Below, piece after piece: positions 37,501 to 48,877 of a stretch of 64,000 nt of DNA. Position 1 is the stretch's first letter, and each line of letters opens with the position of its first letter. The notes beneath the pieces were generated by a model. That model saw nothing but the letters and a program-made list of their open reading frames with translations. It ran no database searches and had not been told where the DNA came from. The translations under genes were made by a program, and so were the position numbers. Source of the stretch: Takakia lepidozioides (Eukaryota; Plantae; Bryophyta); assembly GCA_030704615.1 (NCBI GenBank), contig CM060731.1, forward strand, positions 32,736,001-32,800,000, in the 5' to 3' direction.

Positions 37501-39611
37501 TTATGGGCTTGTATCCCGCTGTAGAAGTGTGTTGACTTCGTTGAAACTCATAGTGGCTTGGTGAATGAAGAAGTCCCGCTTTGGATCACAAACCATCCTT
37601 CTCAAGAAAACGAAATAAAGGTGTTTGCACGGTATGAACTTCCCTCTCTTTCCCAAACTACTTGAAAGCATACCAACAAAATCAGGACATGTACAATTGG
37701 GAAAATTGGAAACAGTGATTTCGTACGTCCTGTCCTGCAGCGGAGATGCGGATGAGATCATGGTGAAGACCCGACCATACCCTGGATCAGGCACTTCCAT
37801 TGTTCCCGCAACACGAACGTGAAGCATTCTGGCGGACTCAATTTTTCCGTAGTGTTCTGCGGTTGGAGGGAATCGTCGAACCAACTTCCCATTCCGTCTG
37901 GTTGGCCACAAGTGAGCGTCAGGCGGAGGTACCCGTGAACCGCTTCCACTTGAAGCACCTTCACGTGCAATGGAATGTCTGGCTAGGGAGAAACCCGCCT
38001 CTTCCAGCATTGCGATCTCTCGGTGAGTGAGACCTGTGCCCATCTTCACAGGCCACACGGTTGGTGGAGTAGGCTTCATTACCACGGAAGGCCTCACTGT
38101 ACCATGCACACATCTCCCACAATCGTCAGCGCAGAACCAGAACTTGTGGTTCTTTGCCTCGCCTTGTCCGTAAGGGAGAAACAAACCCGTGAATGTAGGA
38201 GCTGCAGTGCGTTCTTTCCCTCTGGATATTAATGATGTACATTTTTCATGATTGGTGGCCCTGATCGTCGCGCATTTCACACGCGATCCAGCACTTGTGC
38301 GTTCTATATGCCAAACATCGTCCAAGCCCTCAGACTCGATTATATGCGACACCACGTTCTGGTCTTCAACCATTGCAGTGACAGTGCTTGATGCAGGGGT
38401 CCGGTCTGGGGCAGAGTAGCCCTCACCTGTGGATGTTCCGCAATTCCATCTCTGATCCAAGGGAACACGTGGCGTCGAGAAGTTGACCCTGTCCGCCCTA
38501 TGGGAATCTGCATCCGATCCCGGAGGGGTGTCCAATTTCCGTTTGCAAGACCCGAATCTCTCTTCGCCTTCCAGATGGGGAACTCTTCCCACGAGAGGGG
38601 TGCCATCTGCACATATGCTCACTGCCCGCGCTATTTTGCTAGGATCCCCTGATCTTCCAGCTGCCCGCAACATCAACTCGCTCCTGTCCGGACCTTTGCC
38701 ACCAAGGCCACCCCTCAAGAATGACCTGTATCTAGTTTGCTGCTGTAGAGCACGAATAAGGTCATCGGCCGTCGCTGCATACAAATCTCTCCTTTTTTTG
38801 CCGGATTGCTGCAACCAGGCATTGTGCACTGTCTCCGCAAGATTGCAAGAAGACATGTCCGCCATCTCCTCAATGGACATATGCTGCAAGGCAAAAAAAC
38901 ACAAAGCCCATATTAGAGTTGGACCCTGAAAGATATATTGGAAGCACCCAAACAAACTTTTGAATGCAAACCACTCACCGTTGTCATGGCCGCTCCCCAC
39001 TGTCGGTAACGGAAGTGCCAAAATGCGAACCAGTCTTGCAGTGCCCTCATGCTGTCCTCCGATGCCGCTCCAGATGAGTACCACCAGGCACGAATTGTCT
39101 GGAACAATGTATTCGCTTCCCCCATAGTTTTGGCGTCTTTGTACTGTTTGCACAGTTGACGATGCATACTCTGCATATCTGGCTTGATGTACGTCTTTGT
39201 GTGTTTGTCGAGGGATTGTGTCCAATGGAAAAGACACGTACGTTCTCTTCCAGGCATTGGCACTTTTGGATCTCCCGACCCGAACACAATGCGGACAGCG
39301 TTGAAGTTAGCTTGAGCACTATCGGCCATGAAACCAACGAAATTGGGAGATGGGAGACCATTGGAGGCCATAACAGGAATGAGAGCTTCCCACATGAGCT
39401 GCTGTGAGTCTGTGTCCTCTGACTGCATGTCACACACTGCAATTGTCATGACCCGCTGGTACACAGGGTCGTAAACATGACATGCCATTGTGGTCCAGTC
39501 TTTAACTCTCTTGACATGATCGAACATAAGGAAGCAGTTGCCAAGATCGCCACCCTTCTGCATACGTTTAACCAGGCTGACCCCGCTGCCCTCACCTTTT
39601 GTGGACATCTT
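37501..39611 (-). CDS. Mutator-type DDE transposase with C-terminal SWIM zinc finger; 2 exons (39611-38979, 38883-37501); 5'-truncated
   Basis: LMFDHVK (D1), FMADSAQANFNAV (D2), CLFHW (CxxH motif), CNLAETVHN (E) and SWIM CTCPDF...PCKHLYF. 95-nt GT-AG intron in phase 0; no stops over ~670 codons. Confidence 0.82.
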
Positions 39612-40229
39612 GGCGTTGAAGGCCCCGCGATGAACCTCAGATAGTGTTCGTTTTGCCTGAGTAACTCATTTTCTTTGCAACCCTGGATTCCGCAGAGACG
39701 GTGTCCCTACTTCGAGGGAGAAGCAGGCGTCGAAGAACACTGTATTTCACGTCAAACAAGGAAAGGGCACGCGCTAAGGAGAGGATGAGAAAGGCGAGAC
39801 GGGAGCTTAGAATGGGAGAAGAAACCCCGCGAGATGAGGAAGAGGCAGGGCAAAAGAGGATACAGCAACCGCAGTGTGGAGAGGAAGGTCTTGAAGTGAT
39901 CCAGGAGGCGACAGACGAGCAACCTGCAATCGAAGGAGGGGATGAGGAGGAAGTAAGCTGGGCTCGGGAGGAAGCAGTGAGTGTACAGAACCTGGCCTTC
40001 AAAGACCAGGGAGAACAAACGGACATAGGAACGCGGCCGTCTGCCCCTGTTTCGCACCATCGCGACCTCCTTGGAAGCATGCTACCTGAAGACCGCATGG
40101 AAAAATTGAACGCGACAGGAGCATCATCAAGTGCAAAGCAGAAACCCCAGGTAGCTACGAACTTTTTTTTTCTCTCCCTGTTTCTGTCTTTTTCTCTCTC
40201 TGTTTCATGCTAAGCATTGAGGACGACAT

Positions 40230-40859
40230 CAACCTTGCGTCAACGCAAGGTTGAAGTCGACCTCCAAAGTGTATTTGCTGGGCTCAAAACAGTGCAGAAA
40301 CTGCACCACAATCTGTACGGTTTCATGCTAAGCATTGAGGTGGACATCAACCTTGCGTCAACGCAAGGTTGAAGTCGACCTCAATGCTTTTTTGCTGGGC
40401 ATAAAACAGTGTAGAAACTGCACTACAATCAAGGTAGAGAGACATGGATGCTTCCGACGCATCATGGATTTCAAAGAGGAAGCAGAGACAGGAGTCTCCA
40501 TTTACTGTACATTTTTGCTTCGCTGAACCCCGATAAGACAGCTCACAATCAACCTTGCGTCAACGCAAGGTTGATCCCAACCTGCATATTGTATGTTTAG
40601 AGCTTGTAGTGAAACCAACAGAGGCTGCACAGGAATCAACCTTGCGTTGACGCAAGGCTGGTTTTCATGATATCTTTGCACAATGGATGCGTCCGATATC
40701 CCACTCTCCTCACTGTAAGGTAGGGAATGTTCATTCTTCGAGGCTCCCAAAACAACCCTGCGTCAACGCAAAACATAATTTGGGTCCAAACGTATTTCCT
40801 GTATGCCTTTCAGTCTAAGTTACTTCCCCATCAATCAACCTTGCGTCAAAGCAAGGTTG
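40230..40859. repeat. Six copies of the 24-bp palindrome CAACCTTGCGTCAACGCAAGGTTG in an intron
   Basis: Copies at 40230, 40348, 40550, 40637, 40753 (partial) and 40836; the first two lie in a ~118-bp tandem duplication. Confidence 0.92.
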
Positions 40860-42775
40860 ATGCATGGGAGCTCAATCTCACACTCACAGATTATTAATTC
40901 TGTGCAGAGGAAAAGAAAAAGGAAAGCCGAGGGGGAAGATTTGGCCGCTTCAGAAGGTGAAGGTGATGAAGAGTCACTGGAGGGACACTATGAAGACAAG
41001 GCCGAGGAGATAATGGGTGGGCAAAAAGTGAACTCGTCGAAGGTGATTCTGTCGATGGAGGTTCCCGGCGGAAACCTGGTCATTCCGCTTTGCAGGATGA
41101 TATCCATGCCCGCTGTTCGACCGGCATTGAGGAACGATATAACAAAGTTGAAGAACGACTTTGTTCACGGCTATGTGAAGGGATCAGCAGTGTTCTACGT
41201 ATCCACAATGAACACAAAAGGAGAGGAGTGTCTTCTAACAGAGGACATTGAGCAAAGTTGGGATGAATGCTGGCGGGATGTGAACAGGGAGTTCGAGTTC
41301 AAGCTGTCGAAGAAGACCTCCACAAAAGCATTCATGGGGAAGATGTTTTTTGTCTGGGATGGGAACCACAGACTGCTTGCCTGGATGGATTACATTTCAA
41401 GCATGCACTCTGACGACATCAAATGGCACTGGAGCGTGGTTTCCATGGTTCTGGATCACAAAGGGCATGTCAGGCAGCTCTTGACAGCCATGCACGACAT
41501 AAACAAGTAAGTCTCCATCTTTGTGTCTGTTCCTCGTTTCGACAATTAGAAATCATCTTATGAGTTGACGGTTTTTCCAGGTCCAACGAAACATCTCATG
41601 TGACCACCAATCTGTGCCACACTCTATTCCGCATCCAGAAGGTAGGGCTGATGCCACTGGAGTCATTCACGAACGTGCTTAGTCCACAGCAGATGAAGAG
41701 GTGTGCTGAGAAGAAGACAAGCACATGGTATAGCTTGACAAGGGAGGCTTTCCTTGACTACGTGTACACTGTAAGCTTCTTGACACTGCTTGCTTTTTGA
41801 CACTGCAAGCTTCTTGACACTACCTGTTGTTACTATTTTCTCACAAGTAATGACAGTGTTTCATTCTTTTTACCTGCAATGTATGCAGCAAGAAATAGCA
41901 GAAACTGGCTTGAAGGCGAAAGCTGAGTACTATGATTCCCACACTGAAGAGCAGCGGTCTGCATCTGGGCTTGAGGACACGATGAAGTTCGAGATGAATA
42001 ATCAAAGGAAGAACCTCATGAGTGCATTCGACAAACAAATCAGGATAGCAGATCCAGGGCTTGGCACAGAATTTCTGGAGCAGGTGAAAGTGCACTATGA
42101 CAAGTTTGGCTCCAAGCCAGAAATGACTCAGGAGAAACTACATCGCCTTTCCATTTCAATGGTGGAAAATGCAACGAAAATCAGGTGGTTGGAGATATGG
42201 AACTCGGATCCTCTTGTGAGAGACACGAATATGTTTCCAACTCCAGAGAGAGACCCGAAGACACAAGCAATAAAAGTTGTAAGCGACCAGACATTCGACC
42301 AGTGGCTACACAAAGCCACATTTTGGAGCCAGGTAAGGATACCACCAAACCATTTTCAGACATGTGTGTTGCTCCGTAATTCCGCTCCCAACCTCTCCAA
42401 AATTCTTGCAAGCTTTCTTGTTGCAGTTAGAAAAACGTGCAGTGGCTGCACTTGCTGAGTCGATGGCAGACTACAAAATCCAGATGGCTTGCCCCCGGAT
42501 CACACTGGAGGCCTATATCAGGAGGTGGAAGCTCGCTGTCTGGAACAATTGCTTCTTCAGGGAGTTTGAAAAAGACAAAGGAATCTCCAGATCGTACGAG
42601 TTCAAAAACCAGCTGAACAGCGAGCAAGCAATGAAACGAGTGTTGTACAGGTGTGATCTCCTTACTCAATTGTGGTACTTGAAGGGCATGCATCTGCAAT
42701 CTTCTGTCATACTTTCAGATTTGCGAATTTGCATGGCTTTGAGGGATCTCTGGGGGCTCTGAATGTGCTGTCCAG

Positions 42776-43398
42776 CAACATTGCGTTGACGCAAAGTTGT
42801 TTCCCATGGTCCTGGTTTCACTTACCTATATCTGGGTATCCCATACTGGCGTTTTATTGCATGTGAATGGGGGTGAATGGACAGGAAAATCAGCCTTGCG
42901 TCAACACAATGTTGATGAGACGCAGACTATGTACCTTTTCCTCTGGTTTGGGGCAGTTCAAATCCAGATCCAATTCTGCCAACTTGAACATAACAATGTT
43001 TGGAGTCTATTTCAAATGCTATTTTCAGCTTTCACTATGCCAACAAACAGACTTGCGTTGACGCAAGGTTGTTTGGCGGTATGGATTGATGGAAATGTCC
43101 CTGTTCATCCCCCAACTTCCATGCAATTGTAGGAGACTTTCGATTATCAGATATATTATCGATGTTTGTTTCAACAAAGGAATTCAACATTGCGCCAACG
43201 CAATGTTGAATATCCATAGCAGTACATAGTCAGATGGTGGTTTTCAGGCATTGTTTCCCATTTCATCTGTGAGTGAAAACAACATTGCGTTGACGCAATG
43301 TTGTATTGCACTTGTCAGTCGTTGTCTCTATCAATACAACGTAACCACTAGGTGTTTCCCATTTCTGCTCGAATCAACATTGCATCAACGCAAGGTTG
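42776..43398. repeat. Six further copies of the 24-bp palindrome in a second intron
   Basis: Copies at 42776, 42891, 43048, 43185, 43280 and 43375 (CAAC(C/A)TTGCGTYRACGCAA(G/T)GTTG). Confidence 0.9.
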
Positions 43399-45774
43399 AT
43401 TCTGGACAGCAAAAGTTGATTACCAGGTGTTCCCTTCCTTTATTTCAATATCTTCTTCTGAATGTCTGTTCTTTTCCATTTTCCGATTGACTGACTGTTT
43501 GGGTTTTTGGTGTTTGATTCAGGTATATGTATCATATCCTCATACCGGGAAAGTACCTTAGCGATGACCCAGACTTCATCTATTCATGGGCTGACCCCTC
43601 CAATGAGAAGACAATGTACACGGCTGGTATTGCCAGAGACTGGAGCAGGGCGCACTTCAGAGACTGTGGGTGGTACCTCGACCTGCCAAAACAGGACACA
43701 CCATTTGATGAAGTTGTTTTGAGAAACCTGAACGACAATGCCGCAGCGATTGCCCCATTGGCAGACAAAGACATTCAGGACAGAATCATTTCTACTCTGG
43801 CTGCAAAAGAGCCCGAGAGAACTGCCACTCCAAAACGAAAGGGGAAGACTGTCGGGGATCCTAAGGGGAAGGGGAAAAGTGCAGCTCCGCAAGGACAGGG
43901 ACCGTCAGAGGTTCCTGTCAGAGAGCCTTCTCCCGCAAGGAGGGATAAGAGAACATCAAAGTCGAGGGAGCAGCCTTACGAGGCGAGAGAACATCCCTCC
44001 AGGGTTTTGGGCCAGTTCAATCGTAGGGTGCTGAATGAAAGTTTTCTTGCAATGATGGAGTCCAGGAAGTCCACATTCAAAGGGGTGCCCTCGAAATCAT
44101 GGGACATGCTTGTTTCGTTCCTCACTCAGGTAAACACTTGTGTCTAAACTGTTGTATGAATAATTGTGTTTGGCATCTTGTTGTGGCTTTTCCAGGGGAT
44201 TGATCTCCTGCTCGATTTGGATTGGGCTTCTTACACTGTCTCCTGTTTTTCCCTGTAGGTGACAAAAAAACCGGAATGAGTGAATGGAGTTCAGCAGGCA
44301 TACGCGACTGACCTTGTGGTGCTAGACATTCCTGACGGTTATCCTGTCCCTGATGTGTTCCCTTCCAATTCGACCCCGACTTGGAACAAATCGGATTCTC
44401 GTTATTGGCAGTGGGCTTTCTCGTTCAGCAACAAATTCCTTTCGGACTCGGGGGCTCTTCTTCTCATGCAGTCAAAGGACATGTCGGCCCGAAGAACTCT
44501 TTTCAGCTACATGAAAGCCTCCGGGTTTCGTGTCATCAAAACTTGGACATGCATCAATACTCTGCCTCTTACGAAGGGCGAGTTCCCGGGGCAGAAAGTG
44601 AGTTGGTTCCTTTCAATTCATGTTTCGTTGTTTTTTCGGTAAATAAAAATGCTGGGTTATGCCTTCTGTCTCATGCTCTCTTCCTCATTGTTGACAGACA
44701 CGGGTGTTCGAAGCTTTGTGCCTGGTGAGGCGGAAGGACACTCTTCCTCCTGGTGTTGCTGAGTTCCAGATGAGGGACCTTGCAGCTCATATTGACCCCA
44801 CCTGCGAGCCTATGGAGGATGATGTTCTCTTCAATTACGTGGACTCAGGTCGAACTATGAAAAGGTCGATTGGTGTCCCTTGGAGAGGTGCACGGGAGAA
44901 ATCTCCAGCTTTTATGCAGACTTTGGTGGAGACATGCAGCCGTCATGGTGGACGAGTGGTCGACTTGTCTATGGGCACAGGTGGGGCACTTTACATTGTG
45001 ATTGACATATGGGCAGTAACCTTAGGGAAACCCTGTTTTTATTTCTCGTTCTTCTTGGATTTGCAGGAGCATGTTTTCATGCTTGCAAGAGCGCCGGAAG
45101 GCACTTCTTCGGCATGGAAGCTGATACGGAGCTCTTCTCGAGCGAGCTTCGTCAGCTTGAGTCGGACACTACTTCTACCCCATCCAAAGAGGGACTTCTG
45201 GAGGAGCCCGAAGCGCCTGACGAGGATCTGGACGTGGACTCCGATTTTGAGTGTGAGTAAGTTCTTCTGTAGTCGTTCAAAATATGTGGCATTTCCTTGT
45301 GTCGTTCCCGTTCGAAAAAATTGCGTAACATTGTCTATATCTGGATGTTAACATCTGCCACCATTTCTCTTGTTCCTTTCCAGAGTTCTGCACCAGTCAT
45401 TGAATCAGCAGACACCTTTCGGATTCCAAGGATACTACATGTCCCCGAGTCCCCCTAGATCCAACCGCTTGCCGGTTTACGCGGAAGCTTGCGCACGGGT
45501 GTTATCCGAACAAACACTGTATTCGCATCTCCATAAAGGTCGTGGAAAAAAAAAACGTCATGTATGTGCTGCTGTATTCATAGATGATATTGCTATTAAC
45601 TCTGGCAGTGGTTCCTCTTAAACCTCCAATATTTCTTGACGGTTCAAGTACTGAGGCTGAATAAATTGTGTTTTGGCTTTGCTTCCATCCCATACTGTTT
45701 TTCAAGTTCTCTGCGCGTTCCCGTAAGTACAGTTAGGGATTGCCTACGGTATTTCTTCGGAGTGCGGAATTGAA

Positions 45775-46107
45775 AAATGTTTGTGTGTTGGAGTGAATGT
45801 ACTGCTTTGCCAAAAAAACATTTTTTCTTTTCAGATTCAGTTCTGTAGTGGGCGATCTCCTCATTCCAAAGTCAGGATCTCCCACAAATGTTTGTGTGTT
45901 GGAGTGAATGTACTGCTTTGCCAAAAAAACATTTTTTCTTTTCAGATTCAGTTCTGTAGTGGGCGATCTCCTCATTCCAAAGTCAGGATCTCCCACAAAT
46001 GTTTGTGTGTTGGAGTGAATGTACTGCTTTGCCAAAAAAACATTATTTCTTTTCAGATTCAGTTCTGTAGTGGGCGATCTCCTCATTCCAAAGTCAGGAT
46101 CTCCCAC
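45775..46107. repeat. 111-bp tandem repeat, 3 near-identical copies
   Basis: Units start at 45775, 45886 and 45997; one substitution seen. Confidence 0.95.
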
Positions 46108-48877
46108 AAAATTCATCCGCAAACCTGCCATTGTTCTCGGCCACAAGGAATATTCATGTGGGGGCAGTAAAGAGGGATAGAAAATTAGGACATAGGGGGG
46201 GGGGGGAAGCACGGTAATAGGGGTGAGAGCACGGAACCGCGGTAATAGGGGGGGGGGGGGGGGGGGGGAGCACGGAATTAGGGCCTGAACACGTGGATGC
46301 TTGCTGACGTGGCGTGAGCCTAGCCAGGCTCACAGGCTCACAGGCTCACAGGCCAGGCTCACGCGCAAGCATTCCCCCTTTTTCGTACTTGTGTGCACAG
46401 ATAGCTCTTTTAGAAACAAAATACTAGGTGTCGAATTGCTATTCCAGTGGAGACTAGGGTTGTTATTTCTATAGTAAGGTTGGTCACTGATAGTACCTTG
46501 AGTATACACTCAGATTACTATGGAGTATGAATTTCTACTGCTCAGAATATCGTGTTGGAATTTTGTCTTGCATTAAGTGTCGTGATCTCTACATCAAATG
46601 GCCATCTGCATCCAAAATGAGAATGTTGAATCTAACATGGTATACTATGGTGCATAGGGATGATTGATGGCAGTCATATTCCGATTATTGCCCCTGTTGA
46701 GCATGCACATGATTATCATAACATGAATGGTTTTCATCCTGTCTTATTACAAGAGGGACCCAAAAAGTGTTGCGGGCAGAGGGCGGCTACTCTCTGCCAT
46801 CTTCTTCGTTAAACTAGCACCGCTAGGATTCTGTCAAAAATGTCTCAGTGCCTTTGTTGCTTTTGAACCTTTCTTAGAGATTCCTCTATTTTGGCCCTCT
46901 CTTCAACTGTAGCTACGACCGCCGCCATGACTCAAGCTTATGCTCACGATACTGCAACGCAGCGACCTGACTGCCTCACTTTCTGTCACCCCCCTACCCG
47001 GCATCGTCTCTCCTTCGCGCTTCTTCTCTCTCTTGTTAACTTTCAAGTGGTTCTACTCATTAACATTCTTAAAGATGGTGTTCCTTTTGGTGTACACTGG
47101 CTCCACTCACTCCATCAAATCTTTTCCCCAACGCAACCCACTATACACAAGCGTCCTCCCCCAACTCAGAACACGGGCACCTTGGTTTGGCTTTGCAGGC
47201 TGATTTATTATATGATGCTCATCTCTACCATCTGCATGTGATCATGCTTTCTCTTGAGTGATCGAATGCGTAGAAGCACCACAAGTTTGGTTTAGACGTC
47301 GTCGACTACCACTACTGCAAAAGAGGGGGGTTTGCGACCCCCCCCCCCTTTGGCGGGCCCGGGCGGGAGTGCGCGCTAGCGACGGTGGCGTCGCGCCGCC
47401 TCTTGCGACGTTGTAGCATCGCAGCCGTCGAGGTTTGCAACGCCAGGGCGCCGCAACCCCAGCGCGTGGGGTCGCAGCTGCGACAACCCTAGTGTCGGGC
47501 GTCCCCAGGGACGTCGGGAGCCGCAATGAAAATAAAATAAAAAATTGTGCAATGCGACCCTTCGGCGTCGCTAAAGTGTCGTTGGGGGTGGCGTCGGAGG
47601 GTTGCAACGACATCGCCACAAAGGTTCATTTTTTATTTTTATTTTTTGGGCCTTGCGGCCCCCCAACGTCACATAAGGCATCGTTGGGGTGCCCCGCGCT
47701 GGGGCACCCAACGCTGCGACGCCATGGGGTCGCAACTGCGTCGCTACAGGGGTTGGGCACAAAGGCTGCGGTAACTCCCAACGTCACAAGAGGGACCCCC
47801 TTGGAAGGAACTTGAAAGACATCTTGATATGTATATATATACTTAGATTTTTTTTGCGATATATACATGTATCGTAGATATATTGATTAGTCTGTAATGT
47901 CTTAGATATGTTATAACGTGGAAGTCTTAGGTTCAAATATGCATTGTCTAATATATGTAGAACAATGAATGTACTACCATTGGACAAAACCAGAGTCAAT
48001 GATCAACAAGTTTTTGAAATTCAAATTTCAAATTCGAAGCCGCCCCCACACATCATGTACATGCCCTTCCCGCCTCTGTCCGGATATCCTCGTAGTCCAG
48101 GGGCTCCCCATCAACGCCCCACCACTGTCGCGGCCCTTTGCCTTGAGGGCAGGAGGTCGGGTCGTAGAGGGGCTGCTCCTGTGGTGAGGGCGGTGGCAGC
48201 AATAGGTACGGGGGGCTGAAGCACCCTTGAGTGCCCAAGGAGGTGGAGGCACTCACTAGGTGGAGCCCCGCACACCGGGTTGCGGTGGGGGTTGCTCCAC
48301 AAGGGGAGGTGGTAGCTTAGTGGGACTTAGTGGGGGTGGCATAGGACTCACCGTGGGGCGGAGACCTTTGTGGTGGGAGTCGTGGGGGGTCTTGGGACTC
48401 ACCACGGTCCAATGGGGCCGTGGTGGGTGGGCCAAGACTCACCGCGACTCATCACCGGGAATCGAGGGTCTTCGTGGTGGTTATTTGTGAAACCCCCGCG
48501 GACAGTCACAGAAGTATATATAGGGAGTAGTAACCCCGAGAACGGTGCAAGCCCGTTGGTGACCAAAAACTAGTAAGTAAGCGAGCGAGCCGGAAAGCGA
48601 CCAAGGAGTGGGGAGCTATTCCGGACTGCCATCTACCAAAGGGAATTTCCACTAGGCCCAAATTGGTGGAGGGTCTGTTGGGGGAAGAAAGGGGGACCGT
48701 TATGTCCCGGTGAACAGCCGAAGCTCCGAGTTGGCCCGAAGGCCAGGTTGAGAGTTAGGCGCGCGCATCAAAGCGAGTAACTATGACTTGAAGGGGAGCT
48801 TACCGAAGTGAGGTGCGCGACACTTGATATCAGAGCTTAGAGTTCAGTACGCGATCATCCTTGGGATCGGCCTTATC

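Larger units (their letters stand above)
39696..45621 (+). pseudogene. ParB/sulfiredoxin-like domain plus beta-class N6A/N4C DNA methyltransferase, ~10 exons, ~1190 aa, one in-frame TGA (44277-44279)
   Basis: Exons ~39696-40150, 40908-41506, 41581-41770, 41889-42332, 42427-42650 or 42673, 43523-44129, 44259-44597, 44698-44980, 45067-45256, 45384-45621, with phase-consistent GT-AG sites. Motifs: FFVWDGNHRLLA (ParB-like), DLVVLDIPDG (motif IV-like), then REKSPAFMQTLVETCSRHGGRVVDLSMGTG/ACFHACKSAGRHFFGMEAD (motif X-I-II). Confidence 0.85.
36809..46380. mobile_element. Mutator-like (MULE-related) DNA transposon carrying a ParB-like/DNA amino-methyltransferase gene
   Basis: Short TIR AAGGAGGAATGC (36809-36820) versus revcomp AAGGGGGAATGC (46369-46380). 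Subterminal GTGAGC(C) motifs on the left and GGCTCAC on the right; TGCTGACGTGGCGTGAGCCT at both ends. No clean TSD, so the exact ends are uncertain. Confidence 0.75.

Noticed and set aside
38884-39237. N-terminal ~118 aa of the 578-aa ORF 37501-39237
   Set aside because: It is an alternative frame over transposase exon 1 and the intron; the real frame joins 38979 to 38883 by splicing.
40230-43398. CRISPR array interpretation of the interspaced palindromes
   Set aside because: Spacers are long and very unequal (~60-180 bp), repeats occur in both orientations, two units come from a tandem duplication, no cas genes are present and the context is eukaryotic intron.
45733-46212. Repeat-protein ORFs on both strands
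   Set aside because: These are a by-product of the 111-bp (multiple of 3) tandem repeat; there is no coding evidence.
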